Position numbers and translations under genes: made by a program. The notes beneath the pieces are model-generated. The model was not told the origin of the DNA. It ran no database searches and saw only the letters and a program-made list of their open reading frames with translations. A DNA stretch of 64,000 nucleotides from Eledone cirrhosa (lineage: Eukaryota), in the NCBI GenBank assembly GCA_964016885.1, contig OZ024749.1, positions 8,432,001 through 8,496,000 on the forward strand, in the 5' to 3' direction. Each line of letters begins with the position of its first letter. Position 1 is the stretch's first letter. Of the stretch, positions 15,001-27,000 are shown in pieces.

Positions 15001-18000
15001 GGTGGTGGTGTTAGTGGTCTTGTTGGTATAGGTGGTGTTGGTGTTAATGGTCTTGCTGGTATAGGTGGTGTTGGTGTTAGTGGTCTTGCTGGTATAGGTG
15101 GTGTTGGTGTTAGTGGTCTTGTTGGTATAGGTGGTGTTGGTGTTAGTGGTCTTGCTGGTATAGGTGGTGGTGGTGTTAGTGGTCTTGTTGGTATAGGTGG
15201 TGTTGGTGTTAATGGTCTTGCTGGTATAGGTGGTGGTGGTGTTAGTGGTCTTGTTGGTATAGGTGGTGTTGGTGTTAATGGTCTTGCTGGTATAGGTGGT
15301 GTTGGTGTTAGTGGTCTTGCTGGTATAGGTGGTGGTGGTGTTAGTGGTCTTGTTGGTATAGGTGGTGTTGGTGTTAGTGGTCTTGCTGGTATAGGTGGTG
15401 GTGGTGTTAGTGGTCTTGTTGGTATAGGTGGTGTTGGTGTTAATGGTCTTGCTGGTATAGGTGGTCGTGGTGTTAGTGGTCTTGTTGGTATAGGTGGTGT
15501 TGGTGTTAGTGGTCTTGTTGGTATAGGTGGTGGTGGTGTTAGTAGTCTTGTTGGTATAGGTGGTGATGGTGTTGGTGTTAATGGTCTTGTTGGTATAGGT
15601 GGTGGTGGTGTTAATGGTCTTGCTGGTATAGGTGGTGTTGATGTTAATGGTCTTGCTGGTATAGGTGGTGTTGGTGTTAATGGTCTTGCTGGTATAGGTG
15701 GTGTTGGTGTTAATGGTCTTGCTGGTATAGGTGGTGTTGGTGTTAATGGTCTTGCTGGTATAGGTGGTGTTGGTGTTAATGGTCTTGCTGGTATAGGTGG
15801 TGTTGGTGTTAATGGTCTTGCTGGTATAGGTGGTGTTGGTGTTAATGGTCTTGCTGGTATAGGTGGTGTTGGTGTTGGTGTTAATGGTCTTGTTGGTATA
15901 GGTGGTGTTGGTGTTAATGGTCTTGCTGGTATAAGTGGTGTTGGTGTTAATGGTCTTGCTGGTATAGGTGGTGTTGGTGTTAATGGTCTTGCTGGTATAG
16001 GTGGTGTTGGTGTTGGTGTTAATGGTCTTGTTGGTATAGGTGGTGTTGGTGTTAATGGTCTTGCTGGTATAGGTGGTGTTGGTGTTAATGGTCTTGCTGG
16101 TATAGGTGGTGTTGGTGTTAATGGTCTTGCTGGTATAGGTGGTGTTGGTGTTGGTGTTAATGGTGTTGTTGGTATAGGTGGTGTTGGTGTTAATGGTCTT
16201 GCTGGTATAAGTGGTGTTGGTGTTAATGGTCTTGCTGGTATAGGTGGTGTTGGTGTTAATGGTCTTGCTGGTATAGGTGGTGTTGGTGTTGGTGTTAATG
16301 GTCTTGTTGGTATAGGTGGTGTTGGTGTTAATGGTCTTGCTGGTATAGGTGGTGTTGGTGTTAATGGTCTTGCTGGTATAGGTGGTGTTGGTGTTAATGG
16401 TCTTGCTGGTATAGGTGGTGTTGGTGTTAATGGTCTTGCTGGTATAGGTGGTGTTGGTGTTAATGGTCTTGCTGGTATAGGTGGTGTTGGTGTTAATGGT
16501 CTTGCTGGTATAGGTGGTGTTGGTGTTGGTGTTAATGGTCTTGTTGGTATAGGTGGTGTTGGTGTTGGTGTTAATGGTCTTGTTGGTATAGGTGGTGTTG
16601 GTGTTAATGGTCTTGCTGGTATAGGTGGTGTTGGTGTTGGTGTTAATGGTCTTGTTGGTATAGGTGGTGTTGGTGTTAATGGTCTTGTTGGTATAGGTGG
16701 TGTTGGTGTTAATGGTCTTGCTGGTATAGGTGGTGTTGGTGTTAATGGTCTTGCTGGTATAGGTGGTGTTGGTGTTAATGGTCTTGCTGGTATAGGTGGT
16801 GTTGGTGTTGGTGTTAATGGTCTTGTTGGTATAGGTGGTGTTGGTGTTGGTGTTAATGGTCTTGTTGGTATAGGTGGTGTTGGTGTTAATGGTCTTGCTG
16901 GTATACTGGTGTTGGTGTTGGTGTTAATGGTCTTGTTGGTATAGGTGGTGTTGGTGTTAATGGTCTTGCTGGTATAGGTGGTGTTGGTGTTGGTGTTAAT
17001 GGTCTTGTTGGTATAGGTGGTGTTGGTGTTAATGGTCTTGCTGGTATAGGTGGTGTTGGTGTTAATGGTCTTGTTGGTATAGGTTGTGTTGGTGTTAATG
17101 GTCTTGTTGGTATAGGTGGTTTTGGTGTTAATGGTCTTGCTGGTATAGGTGGTGTTGTTGTTAATGGTCTTGCTGGTATAGGTGGTGTTGGTGTTAATGG
17201 TCTTGCTGGTATAGGTGGTGTTGGTGTTAATGGTCTTGCTGGTATAGGTGGTGTTGGTGTTAATGGTCTTGCTGGTATAGGTGGTGGTGGTGTTAATGGT
17301 CTTGTTGGTATAGGTGGTGTTGGTGTTAATGGTCTTGCTGGTATAGGTTGTGTTGGTGTTAATGGTCTTGTTGGTATAGGTGGTGTTGGTGTTAATGGTC
17401 TTGCTGGTATAGGTGGTGTTGGTGTTGGTGTTAATGGTCTTGTTGGTATAGGGGGTGTTGGTGTTAATGGTCTTGCTGGTATAGGTGCTGTTGGTGTTAA
17501 TGGTCTTGTTGGTATAGGTTGTGTTGGTGTTAATGGTCTTGTTGGTATAGGTGGTGTTGGTGTTAATGGTCTTGCTGGTATAGGTGGTGTTGGTGTTAAT
17601 GGTCTTGTTGGTATAGGTTGTGTTGGTGTTAATGGTCTTGTTGGTATAGGTGGTGTTGGTGTTAATGGTCTTGCTGGTATAGGTGGTGTTGGTGTTAATG
17701 GTCTTGCTGGTATAGTTGGTGTTGGTGTTAATGGTCTTGTTGGTATAGGTGGTGTTGGTGTTAATGGTCTTGCTGGTATAGGTGGTGTTGGTGTTGGTGT
17801 TAATGGTCTTGTTGGTATAGGTGGTGTTGGTGTGAATGGTCTTGCTGGTATAGGTGGTGTTGGTGTTGGTGTTAATGGTCTTGTTGGTATAGGTGGTGTT
17901 GGTGTTAATGGTCTTGCTGGTATAGGTGGTGTTGGTGTTAATGGTCTTGTTGGTATAGGTTGTGTTGGTGTTAATGGTCTTGTTGGTATAGGTGGTGTTG

Positions 18001-21000
18001 GTGTTAATGATCTTGCTGGTATAGGTGGTGTTGGTGTTAATGGTCTTGCTGGTATAGGTGGTGTTGGTGTTGGTGTTAATGGTCTTGTTGGTATAGGTGG
18101 TGTTGGTGTTAATGGTCTTGCTGGTATAGGTGGTGTTGGTGTTAATGGTCTTGTTGGTATAGGTTGTGTTGGTGTTAATGGTCTTGTTGTTATAGGTGGT
18201 GTTGGTGTTAATGGTCTTGCTGGTATAGGTGGTGTTGGTGTTCGTGTTAATGGTCTTGTTGGTATAGGTGGTGTTGGTGTTAATGGTCTTGCTGGTATAG
18301 GTGGTGTTGGTGTTGGTGTTAATGGTCTTGTTGGTATAGGTGGTGTTGGTGTTAATGGTCTTGCTGGTATAGGTGGTGTTGGTGTTAATGGTCTTGTTGG
18401 TATAGGTTGTGTTGGTGTTAATGGTCTTGTTGGTATAGGTGGTGTTGGTGTTAATGGTCTTGCTGGTATAGGTGGTGTTGGTGTTAATGGTCTTGCTGGT
18501 ATAGGTGGTGTTGGTGTTGGTGTTAATGGTCTTGTTGGTATAGGTGTTGTTGGTGTTAATGGTCTTGCTGGTATAGGTGGTGTTTATGTTGGTGTTAATG
18601 GTCTTGTTGTTATAGGTGGTGTTGGTGTTAATGGTCTTGCTGGTATATGTGGTGTTGGTGTTAATGGTCTTGTTGGTATAGGTTGTGTTGATGTTAATGG
18701 TCTTGTTGGTATAGGTGGTGTTGGTGTTAATGGTCTTGCTGGTATAGGTGGTGTTGGTGTTAATGGTCTTGCTGGTATAGGTGGTGTTGGTGTTAATGGT
18801 CTTGTTGGTATAGGTGGTGTTGGTGTTAATGGTCTTGCTGGTATAGGTGGTGTTGGTGTTAATGGTCTTGTTGGTATAGGTGGTGTTGGTGTTAATGGTC
18901 TTGCTGGTATAGGTGGTGTTGGTGTTGGTGTTAATGGTCTTGTTGGTATAGGTGGTGTTGGTGTTAATGGTCTTGTTGGCATAGGTGGTGTTGGTGTTAA
19001 TGGTCTTGCTGGTATAGGTGGTGTTGGTGTTAATGGTCTTGTTGGTATAGGTGGTGTTGGTGTTAATGGTCTTGTTGGTATAGGTTGTGTTGGTGTTAAT
19101 GGTCTTGCTGGTATAGGTGGTGTTGGTGTTAATGGTCTTGTTGGTATAGGTGGTGTTGGTGTTAATGGTCTTGCTGGTATAGGTGGTGTTGGTGTTAATG
19201 GTCTTGTTGGTATAGGTTGTGTTGGTGTTAATGGTCTTGTTGGTATAGGTTGTGTTGGTGTTAATGGTCTTGTTGGTATAGGTTGTGTTGGTGTTAATGG
19301 TCTTGTTGGTATAGGTGGTGTTCGTGTTAATGGTCTTGCTGGTATAGGTGGTGTTGGTGTTAATGGTCTTGCTGGTATAGGTGGTGTTGGTGTTAATGGT
19401 CTTGCTGGTATAGGTGGTGTTGGTGTTAATGGTCTTGCTGGTATAGGTGGTGTTGGTGTTAATGGTCTTGCTGGTATAGGTGGTGTTGGTGTTGGTGTTA
19501 ATGGTCTTGCTGGTATAGGTGGTGTTGGTGTTAATGGTCTTGCTGGTATAGGTGGTGTTGGTGTTAATGGCCTTGCTGGTATAGGTGGTGGTGGTGTTAG
19601 TGGTCTTGTTGGTATAGGTGGTGTTGGTGTTAATGGTCTTGCTGGTATAGGTGGTGGTGGTGTTAGTGGTCTTGTTGGTATAGGTGGTGTTGGTGTTAGT
19701 GGTCTTGCTGGTATAGGTGGTGATGGTGTTGGTGTTAATGGTCTTGTTGGTATAGGTGGTGGTGGTGTTAATGGTCTTGCTGGTATAGGTGGTGTTGGTG
19801 TTAATGGTCCTGCTGGTATAGGTGGTGTTGGTGTTAATGGTCTTGCTGGTATAGGTGGTGTTGGTGTTAATGGTCTTGCTGGTATAGGTGGTGTTGGTGT
19901 TAATGGTCTTGCTGGTATAGGTGGTGTTGGTGTTAATGGTCTTGCTGGTATAGGTGGTGTTGGTGTTAATGGTCTTGCTGGTATAGGTGGTGTTGGTGTT
20001 AATGGTCTTGCTGGTATAGGTGGTGTTGGTGTTAATGCTCTTGCTGGTATAGGTGGTGTTGGTGTTAATGGTCTTGCTGGTATAGGTGGTGTTGGTGTTG
20101 GTGTTAATGGTCTTGTTGGTATAGCTGGTGTTGGTGTTAATGGTCTTGCTGGTATAGGTGGTGTTGGTGTTAATGGTCTTGCTGGTATAGGTGGTGTTGG
20201 TGTTAATGGTCTTGTTGGTATAGGTTGTGTTGGTGTTAATGGTCTTGCTGGTATAGGTGGTGTTGGTGTTAATGGTCTTGCTGGTATAGATGGTGTTGGT
20301 GTTAATGGTCTTGCTGGTATAGGTGGTGTTGGTGTTGGTGTTAATGGTCTTTTTGGTATAGGTGGTGTTGGTGTTGGTGTTAATGGTCTTGTTGGTATAG
20401 GTGGTGTTGGTGTTAATGGTCTTGCTGGTATAGGTGGTGTTGGTGTTGGTGTTAATGGTCTTGTTGGTATAGGTGGTGTTGGTGTTAATGGTCTTGCTGG
20501 TATAGGTGGTGTTGGTGTTAATGGTCTTGATGGTATAGGTGGTGTTGGTGTTGGTGTTAATGGTCTTGTTGGTATAGGTGGTGTTGGTGTTGGTGTTAAT
20601 GGTCTTGCTGGTATAGGTGGTGTTGGTGTTGGTGTTAATGGTCTTGTTGGTATAGGTGGTGTTGGTGTTAATGGTCTTGCTGGTATAGGTGGTGTTGGTG
20701 TTAATGGTCTTGTTGGTATAGGTTGTGTTGGTGTTAATGGTCTTGTTGGTATAGGTGGTGTTGGTGTTAATGGTCTTGCTGGTATAGGTGGTGTTGGTGT
20801 TAATGGTCTTGCTGGTATAGGTGGTGGTGGTGTTAATGGTCTTGTTGGTATAGGTGGTGTTGGTGTTAATGGTCTTGCTGGTATAGGTTGTGTTGGTGTT
20901 AATGGTCTTGTTGGTATAGGTGGTGTTGGTGTTAATGGTCTTGCTGGTATAGGTGGTGTTGGTGTTAATGGTCTTGCTGGTATAGGTGGTGTTGGTGTTG

Positions 21001-24000
21001 GTGTTAATGGTCTTGTTGGTATAGGTGGTGTTGGTGTTAATGGTCTTGCTGGTATAGGTGGTGTTGGTGTTGGTGTTAATGGTCTTGTTGGTATAGGGGG
21101 TGTTGGTGTTAATGGTCTTGCTGGTATAGGTGGTGTTGGTGTTAATGGTCTTGTTGGTATAGGTTGTGTTGGTGTTAATGGTCTTGTTGGTATAGGTGGT
21201 GTTGGTGTTAATGGTCTTGCTGGTATAGGTGGTGTTGGTGTTAATGGTCTTGCTGGTATAGGTGGTGTTGGTGTTGGTGTTAATCGTCTTGTTGGTATAG
21301 GTGGTGTTGGTGTTAATGGTCTTGCTGGTATAGGTGGTGTTGGTGTTAATGGTCTTGTTGGTATAGGTTGTGTTGGTGTTAATGGTCTTGTTGGTATAGG
21401 TGGTGTTGGTGTTAATGGTCTTGCTGGTATAGGTGGTGTTGGTGTTAATGGTCTTGCTGGTATAGGTGGTGTTGGTGTTGGTGTTAATCGTCTTGTTGGT
21501 ATAGGTGGTGTTGGTGTTAATGGTCTTGCTGGTATAGGTGGTGTTGGTGTTGGTGTTAATGGTCTTGTTGGTATAGGTTGTGTTCGTGTTAATGGTCTTG
21601 TTGTTATAGGTGGTGTTGGTGTTAATGGTCTTGCTGGTATAGGTGGTGTTGGTGTTAATGGTCTTGTTGGTATAGGTGGTGTTGGTGTTAATGGTCTTGC
21701 TGGTATAGGTGGTGTTGGTGTTAATGGTCTTGTTGGTATAGGTTGTGTTGGTGTTAATGGTCTTGTTGGTATAGGTTGTGTTGGTGTTAATGGTCTTGTT
21801 GGTATAGGTTGTGTTGGTGTTAATGGTCTTGTTGTTATAGGTGGTGTTGGTGTTAATGGTCTTGCTGGTATAGGTGGTGTTGGTGTTAATGGTCTTGCTG
21901 GTATAGGTGGTGTTGGTGTTAATGGTCTTGCTGGTATAGGTGGTGTTGGTGTTAATGGTCTTGCTGGTATAGGTGGTGTTGGTGTTGGTGTTAATGGTCT
22001 TGCTGGTATAGGTGGTGTTGGTGTTAATGGTCTTGCTGGTATAGGTGGTGTTGGTGTTAATGGTCTTGCTGGTATAGGTGGTGGTGGTGTTAGTGGTCTT
22101 GTTGGTATAGGTGGTGTTGGTGTTAATGGTCTTGATGGTATAGGTGGTGGTGGTGTTAGTGGTCTTGTTGTTATAGGTGGTGTTGGTGTTAGTGGTCTTG
22201 TTGGTATAGGTGGTGGTGGTGTTAGTAGACTTGTTGGTATAGGTGGTGATGGTGTTGGTGTTAATGGTCTTGTTGGTATAGGTGGTGGTGGTGTTAATGG
22301 TCTTGCTGGTATAGGTGGTGTTGGTGTTAATGGTCCTGCTGGTATAGGTGGTGTTGGTGTTAATGGTCTTGCTGGTATAGGTGGTGTTGGTGTTAATGGT
22401 CTTGCTGGTATAGGTGGTGTTGGTGTTAATGGTCTTGCTGGTATAGGTGGTGTTGGTGTTAATGGTCTTGCTGGTATAGGTGGTGTTGGTGTTAATGGTC
22501 TTGCTGGTATATGTGGTGTTGGTGTTAATGGTCTTGCTGGTATAGGTGGTGTTGGTGTTAATGCTCTTGCTGGTATAGGTGGTGTTGGTGTTAATGGTCT
22601 TGCTGGTATAGGTGGTGTTGGTGTTAATGGTCTTGTTGGTATAGCTGGTGTTGGTGTTAATGGTCTTGCTGGTATAGGTGGTGTTGGTGTTAATGGTCTT
22701 GCTGGTATAGGTGGTGTTGGTGTTAATGGTCTTGTTGGTATAGGTTGTGTTGGTGTTAATGGTCTTGCTGGTATAGGTGGTGTTGGTGTTAATGGTCTTG
22801 CTGGTATAGGTGGTGTTGGTGTTAATGGTCTTGCTGGTATAGGTGGTGTTGGTGTTGGTGTTAATGGTCTTGTTGGTATAGGTGGTGTTGGTGTTAATGG
22901 TCTTGTTGGTATAGGTGGTGTTGGTGTTAATGGTCTTGCTGGTATAGGTGGTGTTGGTGTTGGTGTTAATGGTCTTGTTGGTATAGGTGGTGTTGGTGTT
23001 AATGGTCTTGTTGGTATAGGTGGTGTTGGTGTTAATGGTCTTGCTGGTATAGGTGGTGTTGGTGTTAATGGTCTTGCTGGTATAGGTGGTGTTGGTGTTA
23101 ATGGTCTTGATGGTATAGGTGGTGTTGGTGTTGGTGTTAATGGTCTTGTTGGTATAGGTGGTGTTGGTGTTGGTGTTAATGGTCTTGTTGGTATAGGTTG
23201 TGTTGGTGTTAATGGTCTTGCTGGTATAGGTGGTGTTGGTGTTAATGGTCTTGCTGGTATAGGTGGTGTTGGTGTTAATGGTCTTGCTGGTATAGGTGGT
23301 GTTGGTGTTGGTGTTAATGGTCTTGTTGGTATAGGTGGTGTTGGTGTTAATGGTCTTGTTGGTATAGGTGGTGTTGGTGTTAATGGTCTTGCTGGTATAG
23401 GTGGTGTTGGTGTTGGTGTTAATGGTCTTGTTGGTATAGGTGGTGTTGGTGTTAATGGTCTTGCTGGTATAGGTGGTGTTGGTGTTAATGGTCTTGATGG
23501 TATAGGTGGTGTTGGTGTTGGTGTTAATGGTCTTGTTGGTATAGGTGGTGTTGGTGTTGGTGTTAATGGTCTTGCTGGTATAGGTGGTGTTGGTGTTGGT
23601 GTTAATGGTCTTGTTGGTATAGGTGGTGTTGGTGTTAATGGTCTTGCTGGTATAGGTGGTGTTGGTGTTAATGGTCTTGTTGGTATAGGTTGTGTTGGTG
23701 TTAATGGTCTTGTTGGTATAGGTGGTGTTGGTGTTAATGGTCTTGCTGGTATAGGTGGTGTTGGTGTTAATGGTCTTGCTGGTATAGGTGGTGGTGGTGT
23801 TAATGGTCTTGTTGGTATAGGTGGTGTTGGTGTTAATGGTCTTGCTGGTATAGGTTGTGTTGGTGTTAATGGTCTTGTTGGTATAGGTGGTGTTGGTGTT
23901 AATGGTCTTGCTGGTATAGGTGGTGTTGGTGTTAATGGTCTTGCTGGTATAGGTGGTGTTGGTGTTGGTGTTAATGGTCTTGTTGGTATAGGTGGTGTTG

Positions 24001-27000
24001 GTGTTAATGGTCTTGCTGGTATAGGTGGTGTTGGTGTTGGTGTTAATGGTCTTGTTGGTATAGGGGGTGTTGGTGTTAATGGTCTTGCTGGTATAGGTGG
24101 TGTTGGTGTTAATGGTCTTGTTGGTATAGGTTGTGTTGGTGTTAATGGTCTTGTTGGTATAGGTGGTGTTGGTGTTAATGGTCTTGCTGGTATAGGTGGT
24201 GTTGGTGTTAATGGTCTTGCTGGTATAGGTGGTGTTGGTGTTGGTGTTAATGGTCTTGTTGGTATAGGTGGTGTTGGTGTTAATGGTCTTGCTGGTATAG
24301 GTGGTGTTGGTGTTAATGGTCTTGTTGGTATAGGTTGTGTTGGTGTTAATGGTCTTGTTGGTATAGGTGGTGTTGGTGTTAATGGTCTTGCTGGTATAGG
24401 TGGTGTTGGTGTTAATGGTCTTGCTGGTATAGGTGGTGTTGGTGTTGGTGTTAATGGTCTTGTTGGTATAGGTGGTGTTGGTGTTAATGGTCTTGCTGGT
24501 ATAGGTGGTGTTGGTGTTGGTGTTAATGGTCTTGTTGGTATAGGTTGTGTTGGTGTTAATGGTCTTGTTGTTATAGGTGGTGTTGGTGTTAATGGTCTTG
24601 CTGGTATAGGTGGTGTTGGTGTTAATGGTCTTGTTGGTATAGGTGGTGTTGGTGTTAATGGTCTTGCTGGTATAGGTGGTGTTGGTGTTAATGGTCTTGT
24701 TGGTATAGGTTGTGTTGGTGTTAATGGTCTTGTTGGTATAGGTTGTGTTGGTGTTAATGGTCTTGTTGGTATAGGTTGTGTTGGTGTTAATGGTCTTGTT
24801 GTTATAGGTGGTGTTGGTGTTAATGGTCTTGCTGGTATAGGTGGTGTTGGTGTTAATGGTCTTGCTGGTATAGGTGGTGTTGGTGTTAATGGTCTTGCTG
24901 GTATAGGTGGTGTTGGTGTTAATGGTCTTGCTGGTATAGGTGGTGTTGGTGTTGGTGTTAATGGTCTTGCTGGTATAGGTGGTGTTGGTGTTAATGGTCT
25001 TGCTGGTATAGGTGGTGTTGGTGTTAATGGTCTTGCTGGTATAGGTGGTGGTGGTGTTAGTGGTCTTGTTGGTATAGGTGGTGTTGGTGTTAATGGTCTT
25101 GATGGTATAGGTGGTGGTGGTGTTAGTGGTCTTGTTGGTATAGGTGGTGTTGGTGTTAGTGGTCTTGTTGGTATAGGTGGTGGTGGTGTTAGTAGACTTG
25201 TTGGTATAGGTGGTGATGGTGTTGGTGTTAATGGTCTTGTTGGTATAGGTGGTGGTGGTGTTAATGGTCTTGCTGGTATAGGTGGTGTTGGTGTTAATGG
25301 TCCTGCTGGTATAGGTGGTGTTGGTGTTAATGGTCTTGCTGGTATAGGTGGTGTTGGTGTTAATGGTCTTGCTGGTATAGGTGGTGTTGGTGTTAATGGT
25401 CTTGCTGGTATAGGTGGTGTTGGTGTTAATGGTCTTGCTGGTATAGGTGGTGTTGGTGTTAATGGTCTTGCTGGTATATGTGGTGTTGGTGTTAATGGTC
25501 TTGCTGGTATAGGTGGTGTTGGTGTTAATGCTCTTGCTGGTATAGGTGGTGTTGGTGTTAATGGTCTTGCTGGTATAGGTGGTGTTGGTGTTGGTGTTAA
25601 TGGTCTTGTTGGTATAGCTGGTGTTGGTGTTAATGGTCTTGCTGGTATAGGTGGTGTTGGTGTTAATGGTCTTGCTGGTATAGGTGGTGTTGGTGTTAAT
25701 GGTCTTGTTGGTATAGGTTGTGTTGGTGTTAATGGTCTTGCTGGTATAGGTGGTGTTGGTGTTAATGGTCTTGCTGGTATAGGTGGTGTTGGTGTTAATG
25801 GTCTTGCTGGTATAGGTGGTGTTGGTGTTGGTGTTAATGGTCTTGTTGGTATAGGTGGTGTTGGTGTTAATGGTCTTGTTGGTATAGGTGGTGTTGGTGT
25901 TAATGGTCTTGCTGGTATAGGTGGTGTTGGTGTTGGTGTTAATGGTCTTGTTGGTATAGGTGGTGTTGGTGTTAATGGTCTTGTTGGTATAGGTGGTGTT
26001 GGTGTTAATGGTCTTGCTGGCATAGGTGGTGTTGGTGTTAATGGTCTTGCTGGTATAGGTGGTGTTGGTGTTAATGGTCTTGATGGTATAGGTGGTGTTG
26101 GTGTTGGTGTTAATGGTCTTGTTGGTATAGGTGGTGTTGGTGTTGGTGTTAATGGTCTTGTTGGTATAGGTGGTGTTGGTGTTAATGGTCTTGCTGGTAT
26201 AGGTGGTGTTGGTGTTGGTGTTAATGGTCTTGTTGGTATAGGTGGTGTTGGTGTTAATGGTCTTGCTGGTATAGGTGGTGTTGGTGTTAATGGTCTTGTT
26301 GGTATAGGTTGTGTTGGTGTTAATGGTCTTGTTGGTATAGGTGGTGTTGGTGATAATGGTCTTGCTGGTATAGGTGGTGTTGGTGTTAATGGTCTTGCTG
26401 GTATAGGTGGTGGTGATGTTAATGGTCTTGTTGGTATAGGTGGTGTTGGTGTTAATGGTATTGCTGGTATAGGTGGTGTTGGTGTTGGTGTTAATGGTCT
26501 TGTTGGTATAGGTTGTGTTGGTGTTAATGGTCTTGTTGGTATAGGTGGTGTTGGTGTTAATGGTCTTGCTGGTATAGGTGGTGTTGGTGTTGGTGTTAAT
26601 GGTCTTGTTGGTATAGGTTGTGTTGGTGTTAATGGTCTTGTTGGTATAGGTGGTGTTGGTGTTAATGGTCTTGCTGGTATAGGTGGTGTTGGTGTTGGTG
26701 TTAATGGTCTTGTTGGTATAGGTTGTGTTGGTGTTAATGGTCTTGTTGGTATAGGTGGTGTTGGTGTTAATGGTCTTGCTGGTATAGGTGGTGTTGGTGT
26801 TAATGGTCTTGCTGGTATAGGTGGTGTTGGTGTTAATGGTCTTGTTGGTATAGGTGGTGTTGGTGTTAATGGTCTTGTTGGTATAGGTGGTGTTGGTGTT
26901 AATGGTCTTGCTGGTATAGGTGGTGTTGGTGTTGGTGTTAATGGTCTTGTTGGTATAGGTGGTGTTGGTGTTAATGGTCTTGCTGGTATAGGTGGTGTTG

